Below, piece after piece: positions 16,423 through 29,068 of a stretch of DNA of 64,000 nt. The stretch is from NCBI RefSeq assembly GCF_009914755.1, contig NC_060929.1; one strand, 5' to 3'. How positions within the stretch are numbered: position 1 is the stretch's first letter; each line of letters starts with the position of its first letter. Made by a program: the position numbers and the translations under genes. Origin of the DNA: the human T2T-CHM13v2.0 reference genome, Homo sapiens. The notes under the pieces are model-generated. The model searched no databases. It saw only the letters and a list, made by a program, of their open reading frames with translations, and had not been told where the DNA came from.

Positions 16423-16423
<1 letters not shown>

Positions 16424-16569
16424 ATGCCTGCGCACTTATTTCCTTATTTGCATGTTTCACCATATACATATCAGACAAATCAAGGGCCCAGGAGTGATAT
16501 AGCTCATCTCATATGGCTGGTAGGATCATACGGCTGGTAGGATCATATGGCTATATGATATTGTGGGAA

Positions 16570-16740
16570 GAGCAGCACACATAGAATCAAAGAACTTGGG
16601 TTTAAGTTCTTGATTCTGCTTCTCCCAACTTGAAATGTTGAATAAGTTACTTATTCCTCTGGGGCTTTAATTTTCTCATCAGTAATATGTGGCTAATTAT
16701 ACTGATCCCAAAGGATTACTAGAAATTTCAAAGGATCCAC
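16570..16740 (+). mobile_element. MIR
   Basis: tagaatcaaagaacttgggttt...aataagttacttattcctct...ttttctcatcagtaa. Confidence 0.65.
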
Positions 16741-17379
16741 ATCAGGGAAATTAAATGTTAAATATCAATAATATGCTATTATATAGTAAAAAATATGCAA
16801 TCCCCATTATGTAAACTGTAAAAGGTTGGAGGATATTATTCATTGCTTCCTCTGACATGCTTCTGTTTCTTTTTATTCTATAGAATTGTAGAATTATAGG
16901 CTTGGAAAAGACATTGGAGTCATCCACCTTCATGGCCCAAAATATGTAGAACTTTTCAAAAGTACAATATATAAAGAGTGATCGGAAACAAGACATTTTC
17001 AGTGCTTTAAGTAATCCTAGTTTGTCCCAATACTTGAAAACATATTCTCATTCATCTCTTCCCACCAAGGATCTTTTAAGAAGCCACAGTTTGTTTCCAT
17101 AAGCATCAGAAGTTATGAGAGAATATCTGACCACAGCTGTTACCTGGGAACTTGTCATAGAGCCATAAATGTTACCATTCAGCCCATGCAATTTCTAACT
17201 GAAATGAGAGGAAACATGACAGAGGCACTGATTGTAGCCTGCTTGGTGGATGTCAACATAAATGCCACCCCTTTAGAGATATCTCTTCTGACTCCCCTAT
17301 TAAAGTGTACTCTGGTACAAAGAAAGAAGATATAACAATTAGTTTCAAAGTGGGAGACAAAGTAAAATTCAAGAGACTC

Positions 17380-17990
17380 AAAAAGAGTCATTTAGAGTGA
17401 ATAACAAAACAAAGATATAGCTAGAAATCATTAATGTTGTCTACATAGCATCAAATATAAATATCAAAATATATTAGGACTACAGAGACACATTGATAAA
17501 AACATTTTCTAGAGATGTTCAAGAGCATTAAAATAAATAAGAATATGAGATTGGAATATAGATATTTAAAGAGTAAAAGAGATAACCAAGGATGCAGCTT
17601 TTTATCCTGTAGAAATTACATATTTTCTTCAAATGTACATAATACAGTTATAAACATTTTTATATACTACAACACAAACAAAATTATAGTAGGAAACAGT
17701 TCTACAAAGTACAAATGATATATACCATATATTTTGACTAGACTACATTAAGACCAGAAATTCATAAAAATATTCACCGACTCAGAAATGTTTACATGGC
17801 TTCTCCACTTAATAAATATCATTTTAAAGAGATATTAAATCTATAATTTTTATTTTTAGAATATTACAGAAAAGCATTTCATTTAAAAGTATCAATATGT
17901 AAATGTGATGGGTGAATTGACCTAAAAGGTAATAAATTGACCCTCATTAAATATTAACATTGAAGAACCATAACCCCGAAAACAAAGTTT
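17380..17990 (+). mobile_element. Old L1M ORF2 (endonuclease region) fragment
   Basis: A-rich; acatattttcttcaaatgtacat resembles the L1 EN 'YTFFSS' region. Confidence 0.45.
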
Positions 17991-18000
17991 AAAACTTTGA

Positions 18001-18287
18001 TGTAGCGTATTAGATCCTCCAAATTTTTTATTCCCTCTTCATTATTAGAATTAAATATCCATGTGACTTTTGAGTACCTCCTACTACAGCAGACAGCTTA
18101 TATTTCTTTGCCCCATTGACCTTGAGCTTGCCCTATGATTTTATATCCCAAATGGAATGTTAGTAGAAGCGAAATGAACAATGTTACCACTAATCAGCAG
18201 TTCTATACATAAGAAATCGGTAAGACACTGAGTATTAGGGCTGTTCATTATGCAGCAGCATTATTGCAGCAACAGCTGATGAGTATA
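18001..18287 (+). mobile_element. MLT1 (MaLR) LTR, old subfamily (H/I/J-like), partial
   Basis: gccccattgaccttgagcttg core and terminal ttatgcagcagcattattgcagcaacagctga. Confidence 0.6.
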
Positions 18288-19021
18288 CAGTAATCCGCCC
18301 CTTATCCTTGGGGGATATGTTTCTAGACTCCCCAGTGGATGTCAGAAACCAACAGATAGTGTGAAACCCAATTGCCATCAACTGGAACATGTCTCTTTCT
18401 GTTCATGTCTTCCACCCACAAACGTAATGCCTTTTCCATCTTAACTAAGCACTTAAACACTGTAGCTATAACTTTTGCAGTTAGAGGTGTCACAGCAAAA
18501 CTAGCATGAATTTATTTTCCTTTCCTCACAATTTCACAGAGAGAAGATTCATTCTTATGATGGATCTTAGTAACTTTGGAATACAATTTATTTCTTTTCT
18601 TATTAAGTGAAGAACTTTTGCTTTTTCATTTAAAGAAAGCACTTTATGGCCTCTCTTTGTCATATTTTAACTGCTAGCATCACTACTCTTGTACTTTCGG
18701 GCCATTAGTAAGTAAAATATGGGTTAGTTGAATACAAGCATTGCAATATTGTGACAATCTGATCACTGAGACAGCTACTAAGTGACTAACGGGGCAGGTA
18801 GCATGTACAGTGTTGGATATGCTAGACAAAGGGAGGAGTCACACCTCAGGCAGGATGGAACTAGAAGACACAAGATTTCATCATGCTACTCAGAACAATA
18901 TACAATTTAAAACTTATGAATTGTTTGTTTCTGGAATTTTCCATTTAATAGTTTTGGACCATGATTGACCATGAATAACTGAAATCACAGAAAGTGAACT
19001 GTGGATAAGTGGGGACTGTTG
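18288..19021. mobile_element. MER44 (Tigger7-derived DNA transposon)
   Basis: TIRs cagtaatccgccccttatcc / ggataagtggggactgttg, flanked by TA at 18286-87 and 19022-23. Confidence 0.88.
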
Positions 19022-19099
19022 TACTCAATCAAAGGTTTGTAGGAAATATAGCCAAGAGTGAATGTTTTAAATCATTGAACAAAAGCCTCTTAACTCCAC

Positions 19100-19720
19100 A
19101 ATTAAAAAAATAAACAAATGACACAATTAATGAAGACATTTTAAAAGCAAATAAATAAATATATATACACAATTTAAAAATAATGCAATCAAACTAAGTT
19201 ACAAAATATAAGCTCGATTTTTACATATTAAATAAGCCAAAATTTAACATTTAAAATGCTTAATAGTGATAAAGGTGGTAGTTGCAACATTCTACTACTG
19301 AAGTTTAAATTGGTTTAGTAATTTTATGAATCTTTAGCAAACTTATAATCTTTGATTAAATAATTCATTTTCCAAAGATATTTCCTAAAGAAATGACAGA
19401 AATATGAGTTACTTTTAAATAAGGCATATATAATATTTTTTATATGCTAGTGGGACAAAGAAGAGAATTTAATGCCCTACCATAAGGAAATGCTTCAATG
19501 AGTGTCATGACACATATATAAAGAAATATCATTTTTGAAACATAAATAGTATTTTCAAAGAATTTGTAATGACATAATGTATTTGTAATAAAACTTTAAC
19601 AGCAAAATAAAGATTTTTAAAGGAAAAGTCTAGAAGAAAATGCTAAAATATTACCAGTGGCTATTTACTTCCTGTCCTTCAATTTTCTCTTGATTGCTTT
19701 ATAATTGGTTTCTTACCACA
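19100..19720 (+). mobile_element. Old L1ME-like 3' fragment
   Basis: A-rich diverged L1 3' motifs (ataatctttgattaaataattcatttt, aaaatattaccagtggctatt). Confidence 0.5.
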
Positions 19721-19737
19721 CTTTGCTACATAGCAAT

Positions 19738-20313
19738 TCTTTTTTGTTATTTTAATTTTTATTTGAGATCCAGGGGGTATTTGTGCAGATTTGTTAAAGG
19801 GTACATTTCATGGCACAGGAGTTTGGGCTTCTAATGATCCCATCACTCAGATAGTTAATATAGTACCAAATAGAAAGGTTTATAAGTGAGAACATGCAAT
19901 ATTTGGTTTTCTGTTCCTGCATTAATTTGCTTAGGATGATGGCTCCAGCTGCATCCATATTGCAAAGGACATGATTTTGTTCTTTTTTATGGCTGTGTAG
20001 TATTCCATGGTGTATATGTACTATATTTTCTTTATCCAATCCACCATTGATGGGTACCTAGGTGGATTATGTCTTTGCTATTGTTAATAGTGTTGCAATA
20101 AACATGAGTGCATGTGTTTTTCGGAAGAATGATTTATTTTCCTTTGGGTATATACCCAGTAATGGAATTGCTAGGTCAAATGATAGTTCTATTTTGAGTT
20201 CTTTGAGAAATTTCCAAACTGTTTTGCACAGGGGCTGAACTAATGTTACATTCCCATCTGCAGTGTGTGAGTATTCCCTTTTCTCCACAGCCTCACCAAT
20301 ATCTGTTATTTTA
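19738..20313 (-). mobile_element. L1PA15/16-like 3' end
   Basis: T tail, cagggggta...gtttgggcttctaatgatcccatc 3' UTR; ORF 20067-20324 (VQPLCKTVWKFLKELKIELSFDLAIPLLGIYPKE). Confidence 0.85.
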
Positions 20314-21108
20314 TCTAATCCCAAAGCTAGCAGAAGAAAAAACTAAAATCAGAGCAGTACTAAAGGAAATTGCCACCCCAAAACCATACAAAGGATCAAC
20401 AAGATGAAAAGTTTCTTTTTTGAAAGGAGAAACAAGAACAATAGATAATTAGCTAGATTAACGAAGAAAAAATGAGAGAAGATCCAAATAGGCACAATCA
20501 GAAATGACAAATGAAACATTACAACTCAGCCCACAGAAGTATAAAAGATCATCGGAGACTATTTCATGTTTTCACATTTCTATGTGAACAAACTAGGAAA
20601 TCCAGAAGAAATGGATAAATTCCTGGAAACATACAACCTCCCAAGATTGAATCAGGAAGAAATGGAAACCATGGACAGACCAATAACAATTTCTGAAACT
20701 GAGTCAAAAATAAAAAACCTACCAAAGAAAAAAAAGCCTGGGCCAGATGGATTAACAGCTGAATTCTGCCAAACACACAAAGAAGAGATTGGTGCCAGTT
20801 CTACTGAAATTATTCCAAAAAATCAAGGAGGAGGGATTCCTCCCTAAGCCATCCTATGAAACCAGTATCATTCCGATACCAAAATCCAGCAAAGACACAA
20901 CAACAAAAAAGAAAACAGGGTCAATAACCCTGAAGAACACAGATGCAAAAATCCTCAACAAAATACTAGCAAACTGAATCTAGCCGCACATCGAAAGTTA
21001 ATTTACCATAATCAACTAGCCTTTATTTGTGGGATGCAAGGTTGGTTCAACATACAGAAATCAATAAATGTGATTCACTACATTAACAGAATTAAAAACA
21101 AAAATAAT
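20314..21108 (+). mobile_element. L1 ORF2 fragment in opposite orientation (probable inverted 5' part)
   Basis: ORFs 20566-20847 ([19 protein letters not shown]...PGPDG) and 20789-20977 ([11 protein letters not shown]). Confidence 0.85.
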
Positions 21109-21169
21109 TCAATATTCTCTTGAAGTGTATTAATAGCCTACTTTTCAGATACTAAGGATGCCATTTTCT

Positions 21170-22150
21170 GAGTTATTACTCTTTTTGAGCTTTTCAAAGT
21201 CTTTGACATTTTAAGCCGCAACAACTACTTCAAATATCTCAAAGTTTTTTTTTTTGCTTTCTGGTAGTGCTTTCCCTTGGGCATCTTCTCCCTGTAATCA
21301 GTTTCTCCTTCTTCCTGATTGGCTTCTCTACCTCTACTTAACTGTGGTGTTCCTACAAGTTTTGGTCCTTGGTTTCTTTTTTCTCAATGTACAAATTTTC
21401 TCTTAGAAAATTATAGCTTAATATTTCTAACCTTCTAATAGAACACACTGTTTTGATTGGAGCCACATAAACCATCTCTTCACTTCTGGAGCCTAGGGTA
21501 GAATCAACCACTCTTGAAGTACATTCACTGGAAGTGTTGTTCCCTAAAGGGAAACTGAGGAATTGTTATCAAAAGAAAGGGTCATTAATGTTTGGTGTTG
21601 TGTTGATGGCAAACACAATGGATCTTCTCAATGGAGCATTCTTGTCTCCAGGTGTTCTCTACTTAAATTGTCCCCCCACATACACTCTGTCTTGCCTGGT
21701 TGCATCACATTCCTGCACACAACTTGCATGAGTGACAGTTGTAAGCAGAATAGGGGCCACCTATTAGAATCTAAAGGCTGAAGTTCAAAGTACTTAGTGA
21801 CTCGTTCCCTAACTACTTTTCCAGCCTTGTACCACCCTCATCCCCCCAGACATGCATACAAATCTTCACTTCAATGATGCTGGTAGTCCTTTCAGTTCCC
21901 CTAACAGACCCTGCAACCCCCCTGGTCCCATTATTGCATTTGACATGCCATGGGTCTTTTAGGGCCTCATCCAAATTCAACCCTTAAATCATGCCCCTCC
22001 CATGGCTTGTATCACAGCCTCATGTTGTGTCAAACACTTACGTATTTACCAGATGCTGAGCCTCTGGAGGAAGTAGGTAAAAATTCACCTCTGTATTCCC
22101 CAGAGTAAGTTACGCACCACCTTTCAAAGAGTCAATAAATATTTGTTGAA
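21170..22150 (+). mobile_element. L2 fragments
   Basis: ggtgttcctacaagttttggtccttgg (RT region) and terminal tcaataaatatttgttgaa. Confidence 0.55.
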
Positions 22151-22637
22151 ATTGTTGACTTGTGGAATTACGCAGCCTTAGGCTGAAGAGCAGAAGTTGG
22201 GATTGGCACAGAGCTCAGTATTTTCAGCATGTAATTTCTTCAGGCTTGTACAGGTGACTGAATCCTGACAAGCTGCTGGGCAGGCAAGGTGATTCAAATT
22301 ACATATTTAAGGGAAGGCGTAATTTAGCCCATGTGTTGGGATAAAATAAGCAAGCACTCAGAAAGTTCACACAAAGAAGAAAGAGGCCCAGTGTTAGCTA
22401 CAGGGGCCCAGCTGAAGTGTTTTTAAAACACATTGCCCACTATTTGGGGGAGTTTCTCTAGTATTAGGAAAGAAAGAGTTCCTGGGCAGATTGGAACTCA
22501 ACTGATTAGTGGTTAGATTCTGAATAAGAGGCACAGAAATTTTCCTACCTTGTAAGCATGTCTTTATTTGCATAGTGTGCTAACAGCTTGGAGGATACTT
22601 GAGATACTTGTGACTTGTGAGGGAAGAATGAAAGTAA

Positions 22638-23018
<381 letters not shown>

Positions 23019-23406
23019 TAGCCACAGCATTTAGCCTAGGGCGGTTAGAAAAGAAATACATTGTGATCATGAGGGTCACATACACATACACATATGGGGC
23101 AGTATTGCTTTTTGAAGTAGTAGAAAGAGCATCAAACAGAGGGCGCTAATATGTGGTCTCTAGCTTGAGCAGTAGGGCTAACTAGTTCTGTGGCTATGAA
23201 AGTATTTCCTAAATGCTCTGAGTCTCTCAACATAATCTGAGAATCTAGGCCACAGTTGGAACTGCCTTTAAAGTCATCCTAAACTTTTTGAGATCATGTG
23301 ATTCTATATTTGATAAGATACTATATTTTATGTAAGATATATAAAAATACCAAAAAGGGGTTAGACGAATCTGATAACAGACAGTCAACAATACTCTTCA
23401 AGTATT

Positions 23407-23547
23407 GTTAACTTGGATTTAATGAGTAACAAGGTGGGAAGGGCCCAACAAATATCACTTGTCAAATGGAAATGGAATGTTCAAGAACATAGTTGGCCTG
23501 CCCCAGTGACATCTGACTTCGAGTAGGGAAGAATCTCAAAACTTTCA
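23407..23547 (+). repeat. 141-bp dispersed direct duplicate of 26799-26939
   Basis: 135/141 identical by eye, no gaps. Confidence 0.95.
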
Positions 23548-23729
23548 GTTTTGAGCTTCTTGAGCTTCAGGGGCTCAGAACTTTCTATTATCTTGGGGTA
23601 GAGGACTAAAAAGAATATGTATTGTCCTGTATTTTAGTTATAAAGCTCTTTTCTTGTTTTACTAGAGAAAATAGCCTTCAGTGCTCATGTGAAGAAGCTA
23701 TTGCACTTGTCCTGGCAAGAGATAATATT

Positions 23730-24130
23730 TCATTAGACTAGGGTAGAAAGAAGTGAGGGACAATCAAGTTTTGAATATGTTTTAGATATAGAGCAATATA
23801 ATTCATAGAAACATAAGTTGTGGGATGTTTCAGAAAGAGAAGAACCAATGGTGATATGGTGATTCCTAGATGTAGGCCTATAATAACCGGGTTGATGGTG
23901 GTGCTATTTACTAATATGAGCAAAGATTAGGACCCAGGAGAATTTGAGTGAGAGTGGAGATAATGGCTTTTTTTTAACACATTAAGTTTATCTTTTAAAT
24001 ATCCAAGTGGAAATACTGAGTAAACAATTGAATATACAAAGTCTAGGGATATGCTTAGAGAAGAATGTGATTTAAGGAGGGAAGGGTCAACAGTGTCCAA
24101 TGTTGCTGAGGTTTAAGTATGATGAGTATA
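23730..24130 (-). mobile_element. L2 fragment
   Basis: atatccaagtggaaatactgagtaaacaattgaatata; gtcaacagtgtccaatgttgctgag. Confidence 0.65.
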
Positions 24131-24882
24131 TGGAATTCAACACAATCTCCATTTGAGAATTGTGGTCGTAAATTCAAACTACATTCAGTAAATTTGACTT
24201 GTCATTTTCTTCATTAATATTTACCTATTCAGAAGCAGGTACCATGTAAAAGGATAGGAGGTTTAAACAGGTTTGGGTTCCACTACATGAGTGTATTAAA
24301 GGGAGAGAGGTAAAAAGGAGATTTTGCAAGAGTGTGGTTTCACTTGATGTAGCCAGCAATACACATATACTGAATAAGCTACAACTACATCAGCTCCTCC
24401 GTCCTATGTCATCCTCTAGTCCACAGAGAGTGTAATTACCTTCTATTCCATGAGACTTCACACTGACCTATTGCATGGATGATATTATGCTGACTGGACC
24501 TTGAGAGCAGGAAGTAAAGGCCACTCGTCCTAAGACACATGATTGCTAGAGGGTAGGAAAAAAAGTTTCATAAAAATTCAAGGGTCTTCCCTTTTCAGCA
24601 AGAGTTCTAGGAATCTAGTACTCTGTGGAGTATCAAGATAACTCTTTCAAGGTTAATGACAGGTCATTGCATCTGACCTTTCTAATACTAAGAAGGAGAC
24701 ATAGGGCTTAATGGGCCTTTTAAAATTTTATTAGCAACATATACCTCATTTGTATGTGTGTGGTGACCCATTTACTGAAGTTTCCAAAAAGCTACAAAGT
24801 TTGAGTGGAACACAGCATAAGAGAATGCCCTATAAAATGTCCAGGTTGCTCTGAAAGTTTTTCTGCCACTATGTGTGTGACA

Positions 24883-26951
24883 TGTAGGGATGTAGTATGA
24901 ACATCCTTGAAAACATAGTCCAGAGAAAGGCTGTCAGTGTCTCTAATTACGGTGTGTAGAAATGGGAGAGAATTGTCCCAAACAGTCCAGCAAAACAAAA
25001 GTAATATCTCACTACACGGAAAAGATCAGGCAGATTTTCTTGCTGCCCATTATAAAATACTTGGTTTCCTTGCCTGAGATGTAAACTCACTGTATATGCA
25101 ACATCTACCTGGGCCACTTCATGATGCCTTAGTAGAACCTGGAGCTAAGGGAAACTGACACAAACAATTCATGCTGCTTGTTGTTCTGTGAGTAATAAAC
25201 GTTTTCATCATTGGCCCAGGAGACTCATGTCTTCTGCTGGTGCCCAAGAAACTATGGCAGGCTAATTTCTTAGCTTGGAAGTATGGTGTAATCTCAGACC
25301 CTTTACAGCTGCTGGAAATTTTTGGTGAGGAGGATGGGATGCTTACAGAAATGTGTCCTTCCGGAAGAGAAAGAATGAGTGTCTTGTAGGCCTGGTTTGG
25401 GAATCTGAGAATACCCTCTATGATCCAATAGAAAATGCCCTCACCCATGTATGAAGTAATGGTCGTCCATTATCCTACCTGTTGCTGCATGTTTGGAGGC
25501 TGAGCTCAAGGAGTAGAATTAAAACAACCCTCTTGAATAGTGATTTCAGTTTTGCCTGCTCTCTAAATGGCAGAGCAGGAGGTGACATTTATCATAACAA
25601 TGTGGCAGCAAGTCCTGAGACCCCAGACAAACGGCAATGTGACTATAGCTACTGAATCAAGGAGTCCCCAAAGCAGAAATAAATGATGTCAGCAACGAGA
25701 ATGAAGAGCTTTGGGTGGATCAAAAACATCATCTGAGCCATAAACAGCCTCTACAAGACGGAAAGTCAATGTGCCTGCTGTAGTGGCATGGAGCTGCTTC
25801 CTGCCTCTCTACCTCCAATCCCTCCCTCTCCTTCTACCCAATTTCAAATGCTTTAAGAGAAAGATGATTAGGGTGTGGCTGAAGATTGTTTCCCAACGGC
25901 ACTAAAGCTAGATGCAAACAGCTGAACATACATGAAAATTCTGTGAAAAGATGGAATGCTGTGGTTGGGACCTCTTGGGCTAATTTAATATACTCTTGCT
26001 GTTGTTTCTACATCTGAATATATAAGAGCAATTGCTGTGTTGATGGGACTGTAAGTGCTTTAAGGGATTTTCCCAATCAGGGAGAAAAGTGCTAATGGCA
26101 CAAAACTCCTGCCACTTGCCATCAGTGGGAACCAGGATTTGTGCCTCTCTCTTCTGATGTCTTGTTTGTTGGCAAGTCAGAAGCTTCAGTCTATATTACG
26201 CTGACTGTGATGTTATCACACCTCTGCCAGCTGGGGTGGTTGATAAACCCTGACAAAATTCAGTCCTGCTTGCCAAGTTGTTTCTTAGAACAATGTGGAT
26301 AAATTCAAAATGCTTAGTCCCTCTGGGAGTGAAAGAAAAACTGCTGTATCTTCAATGTCCCCAGCACCTAAAAAGAGGTCCAACACCTTATTTGATTCTT
26401 TAGGTATTGGACCACATGTGACTCACTTGGGCATTCGGCTTTCTCATTTATATCAGCTGCCCATAAATTAGCATGCTTTGAGTGGGAGCCAAATCAACCA
26501 ATTGTAGAGAAAGTTATCCAGCAAGCTGTGGCATGCTCTTTTTACCTTTGGGATCCCATAACCTCAATGATCCCTTTGAAGTGTATGTCTGTGTGACTGA
26601 TGATTTTAACATCTGGCAAAAGAAAACAGCTTCCCCACAGGCACCTCTTGAAATTACGGATTCATTGCCTACCTGACCCAGCTACCATACAGCCCTCTAA
26701 GAGTACTTATTAGCTAACTATGGGGGTCTTGTTAAAACCAAACTTCTGACCCATGGAAATCTTGTGACCCTCAAGCCTGATACTCCCATTTGAGGATGGT
26801 TAACTTGGATTTCATGAGTAACAAGGTGGGAAGGGCCCAACAAATATCAATTGTCAAATGGAAATGGAATGTTCAAGAACATAGTTGGCCTGCCCCAGTG
26901 GTATCTGACTTCAAGTAGGGCAGAATCTCAAAACTTTCACAGTTATTGACA
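24883..26951 (+). mobile_element. Nested, internally deleted ERVL element (MER54/LTR47-group-like LTR, family uncertain)
   Basis: 5' LTR ~24883-25319 (starts TG; agtaataaa; ends aatctcagaccctttacag...), PBS-like tggtgaggaggatgggat (25323-25340), gag/pol remnants, then only the last ~40 nt of a 3' LTR (agtagggcagaatctcaaaactttcacagttattgaca); gaca flanks both ends. Confidence 0.62.
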
Positions 26952-27509
26952 GACAACACATGAACATGCCATCTACTCTGAGTGGAGACACTCTCTTCAT
27001 CTGCCAAGGTTGTTTATACATAAACATCATTGAAAAATAGTCAAAAACAAAAGCCATCGGTGACTATGCTCACAAGGCACCTAGAAATGCAAGCAACCCA
27101 TACATAATTGCTGTCCAACAATATGCTGGCACTGGATAGATGTGGATGGCTATATTTCACTTGAAGGACAGTGAAGGAAAATGCTCCTGGTGAGCAGAAC
27201 TTTGAGCAGTATACATGATGGTTTATCTTCCTTAGAAGGAAAAAACAGAGATTCAGATATATATATATATTGATTCATGGGTAGTGGCTAACAGTTTCAC
27301 TGATGGTTAGGGACTTGGAAGGAAGATGATTAGGAAAATCATGTAAGAAGGTCTTGGGAGGAGCTATTTGGATAAACTTTTCTGAATGGACACACAATGA
27401 AGAAATTTGTGTTCCCTGTGAGTGCTCAACAAGGAGCAGAGTAAGATCTGAACAATCAGATAGACAAGATGACTTGTTCTGTTAGACATCAAGCAGCATC
27501 TTTCCCTGG

Positions 27510-27911
27510 TGTCTTACTCCATTTTGTGCTGCTGTAACAGAATACTAGAGAAACAGAATACCAGAGACTGGGTAATTTATAATGAACCAAAATTTACTTG
27601 GCTCATGGTTCTGGAGGCTGGGAAGTCCCAGATCAAAGCACTGGCATCTGGTGAAGAATTTCTTGCTGCATTATAACATGGTGGAAGATGTCACATGGGG
27701 AGAGACAGAGGAAAGTGGGCCAGACTCATCCTTTTATAAGGAACCTATCCTGTGATAATAAGCCCATTCCTGAGATAACAACGTTAATCCATTCGCAAGG
27801 GCAGAACCCTCATGAGCTGATCACTTCTTGAAGGGCCCACATCTCAATATGTTGCATTGGAGATACAGTTTCCAACACATAAACTTTTGGGGGCACATCC
27901 AATCCATAGAA
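27510..27911 (-). mobile_element. MST (MaLR) solo LTR
   Basis: tgtcttactccattttgtgctgctgtaacagaatac...ttctggaggctgggaagtcc...; approximate TSD cctgg/cctga. Confidence 0.85.
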
Positions 27912-28614
27912 CCTGAGCTTCTCTGTCTTGGCCCAGTGGGTGCATAGACAATGTGTCCATGATAGTAGGGATAAAAGTTCTGTATGGGATCAAACAGATT
28001 TATTTCCAGGGCTGATATCACTCTGGCATCTACTGAGTGCACCATTTTCCAACCACAGATATGACACTAAGCTATTGGTGGCACTACTCCCACAGGGTCA
28101 TCAGTTAGACATCCTAATGGCAGGTTGATTCTATTGGATTGCTTCCATCATTAAAAGGACAGAACTTGGTTCTCACTAGAATAGAGATTTTTATCTTCTC
28201 TGCCTGCAAAGCTTTTGTCCAAACCATTATCCATAAGCTCATAGAAGCCTTATTCATCATCATAATATTCTACAACATTGAATATGATCAAGAAACTCAT
28301 TTCACAACAAATCAAAGGTGGCAATAAGCTCATGCACATGAAATTTCTACCATGATGCACACATTTTCATTTGTCCATTGGCTGTTCATATATATGCTCT
28401 TGTAAAGTGTTTTTTGAAGTATTTTGCTCACTTTTTAATAGTGTTAATCATTTTTATTATTGATTTATAGGAATTTTCATATAGTATGAATGCATTTTAA
28501 AATAATTACTATAATAGCATATGCAACGATAATTGATACTGCTTCCAAAAGAGATTAGAAATTTACTTATTTGAATCTGAGACTGAAACGATATGTATAT
28601 TTTATATGACTTGG

Positions 28615-29068
28615 TGTATCAGTCCATTCTCACATTTCTATAAAAAATAGCTGAGACTAGATAATTTATAAAGAAAGGAGGTTTAATTGGCTCAGAGTTC
28701 TGCAAGCTGTACAGAATCATGGCAGCATCAGCTTCTGGGGAGGCCTCAGGGAGCTTTTTCTCATGGCAGAAGGCAAAGCAGGAGCTGGCACCTCACATGG
28801 CCAGAGCAGGAGGAAGACAGAGAGGGAGGAGAGATGCTACATACCTATATTTATTTATTTATTTTTAAACTTTTATTTTAGGTTAGGGGGTACATCTGAA
28901 GGTTTGTTAAACAGCCAGATCTCACTAGAACTCACTCACTATTGCGACAGTCCCAAGGAGGACATCCATTCTCGTAATCCAATCACCTCCCAACAGGCCC
29001 CACCTCCAACACTGGGGATTACAATGAGGCATGAGATTTGGATGGGGACACAGAGCCAAAATATATCA
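28615..29068 (-). mobile_element. MSTA/MSTB-like MaLR solo LTR containing a tiny L1 3' end
   Basis: tgtatcagtcc...gagatttggatggggacacagagccaaaatatatca; approximate TSD cttgg/gttgg. Confidence 0.88.

Larger units (their letters stand above)
24390..28350 (+). mobile_element. Second ERV-L pol segment (RT, RNase H, integrase), interrupted by two nested insertions
   Basis: RT tattgcatggatgatattatg (YCMDDIM, 24469-24489); RNase H-like gcagaactt (AEL, ~27194); integrase tggcaggttgattctattgga (WQVDSIG, 28118-28138). Confidence 0.75.
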
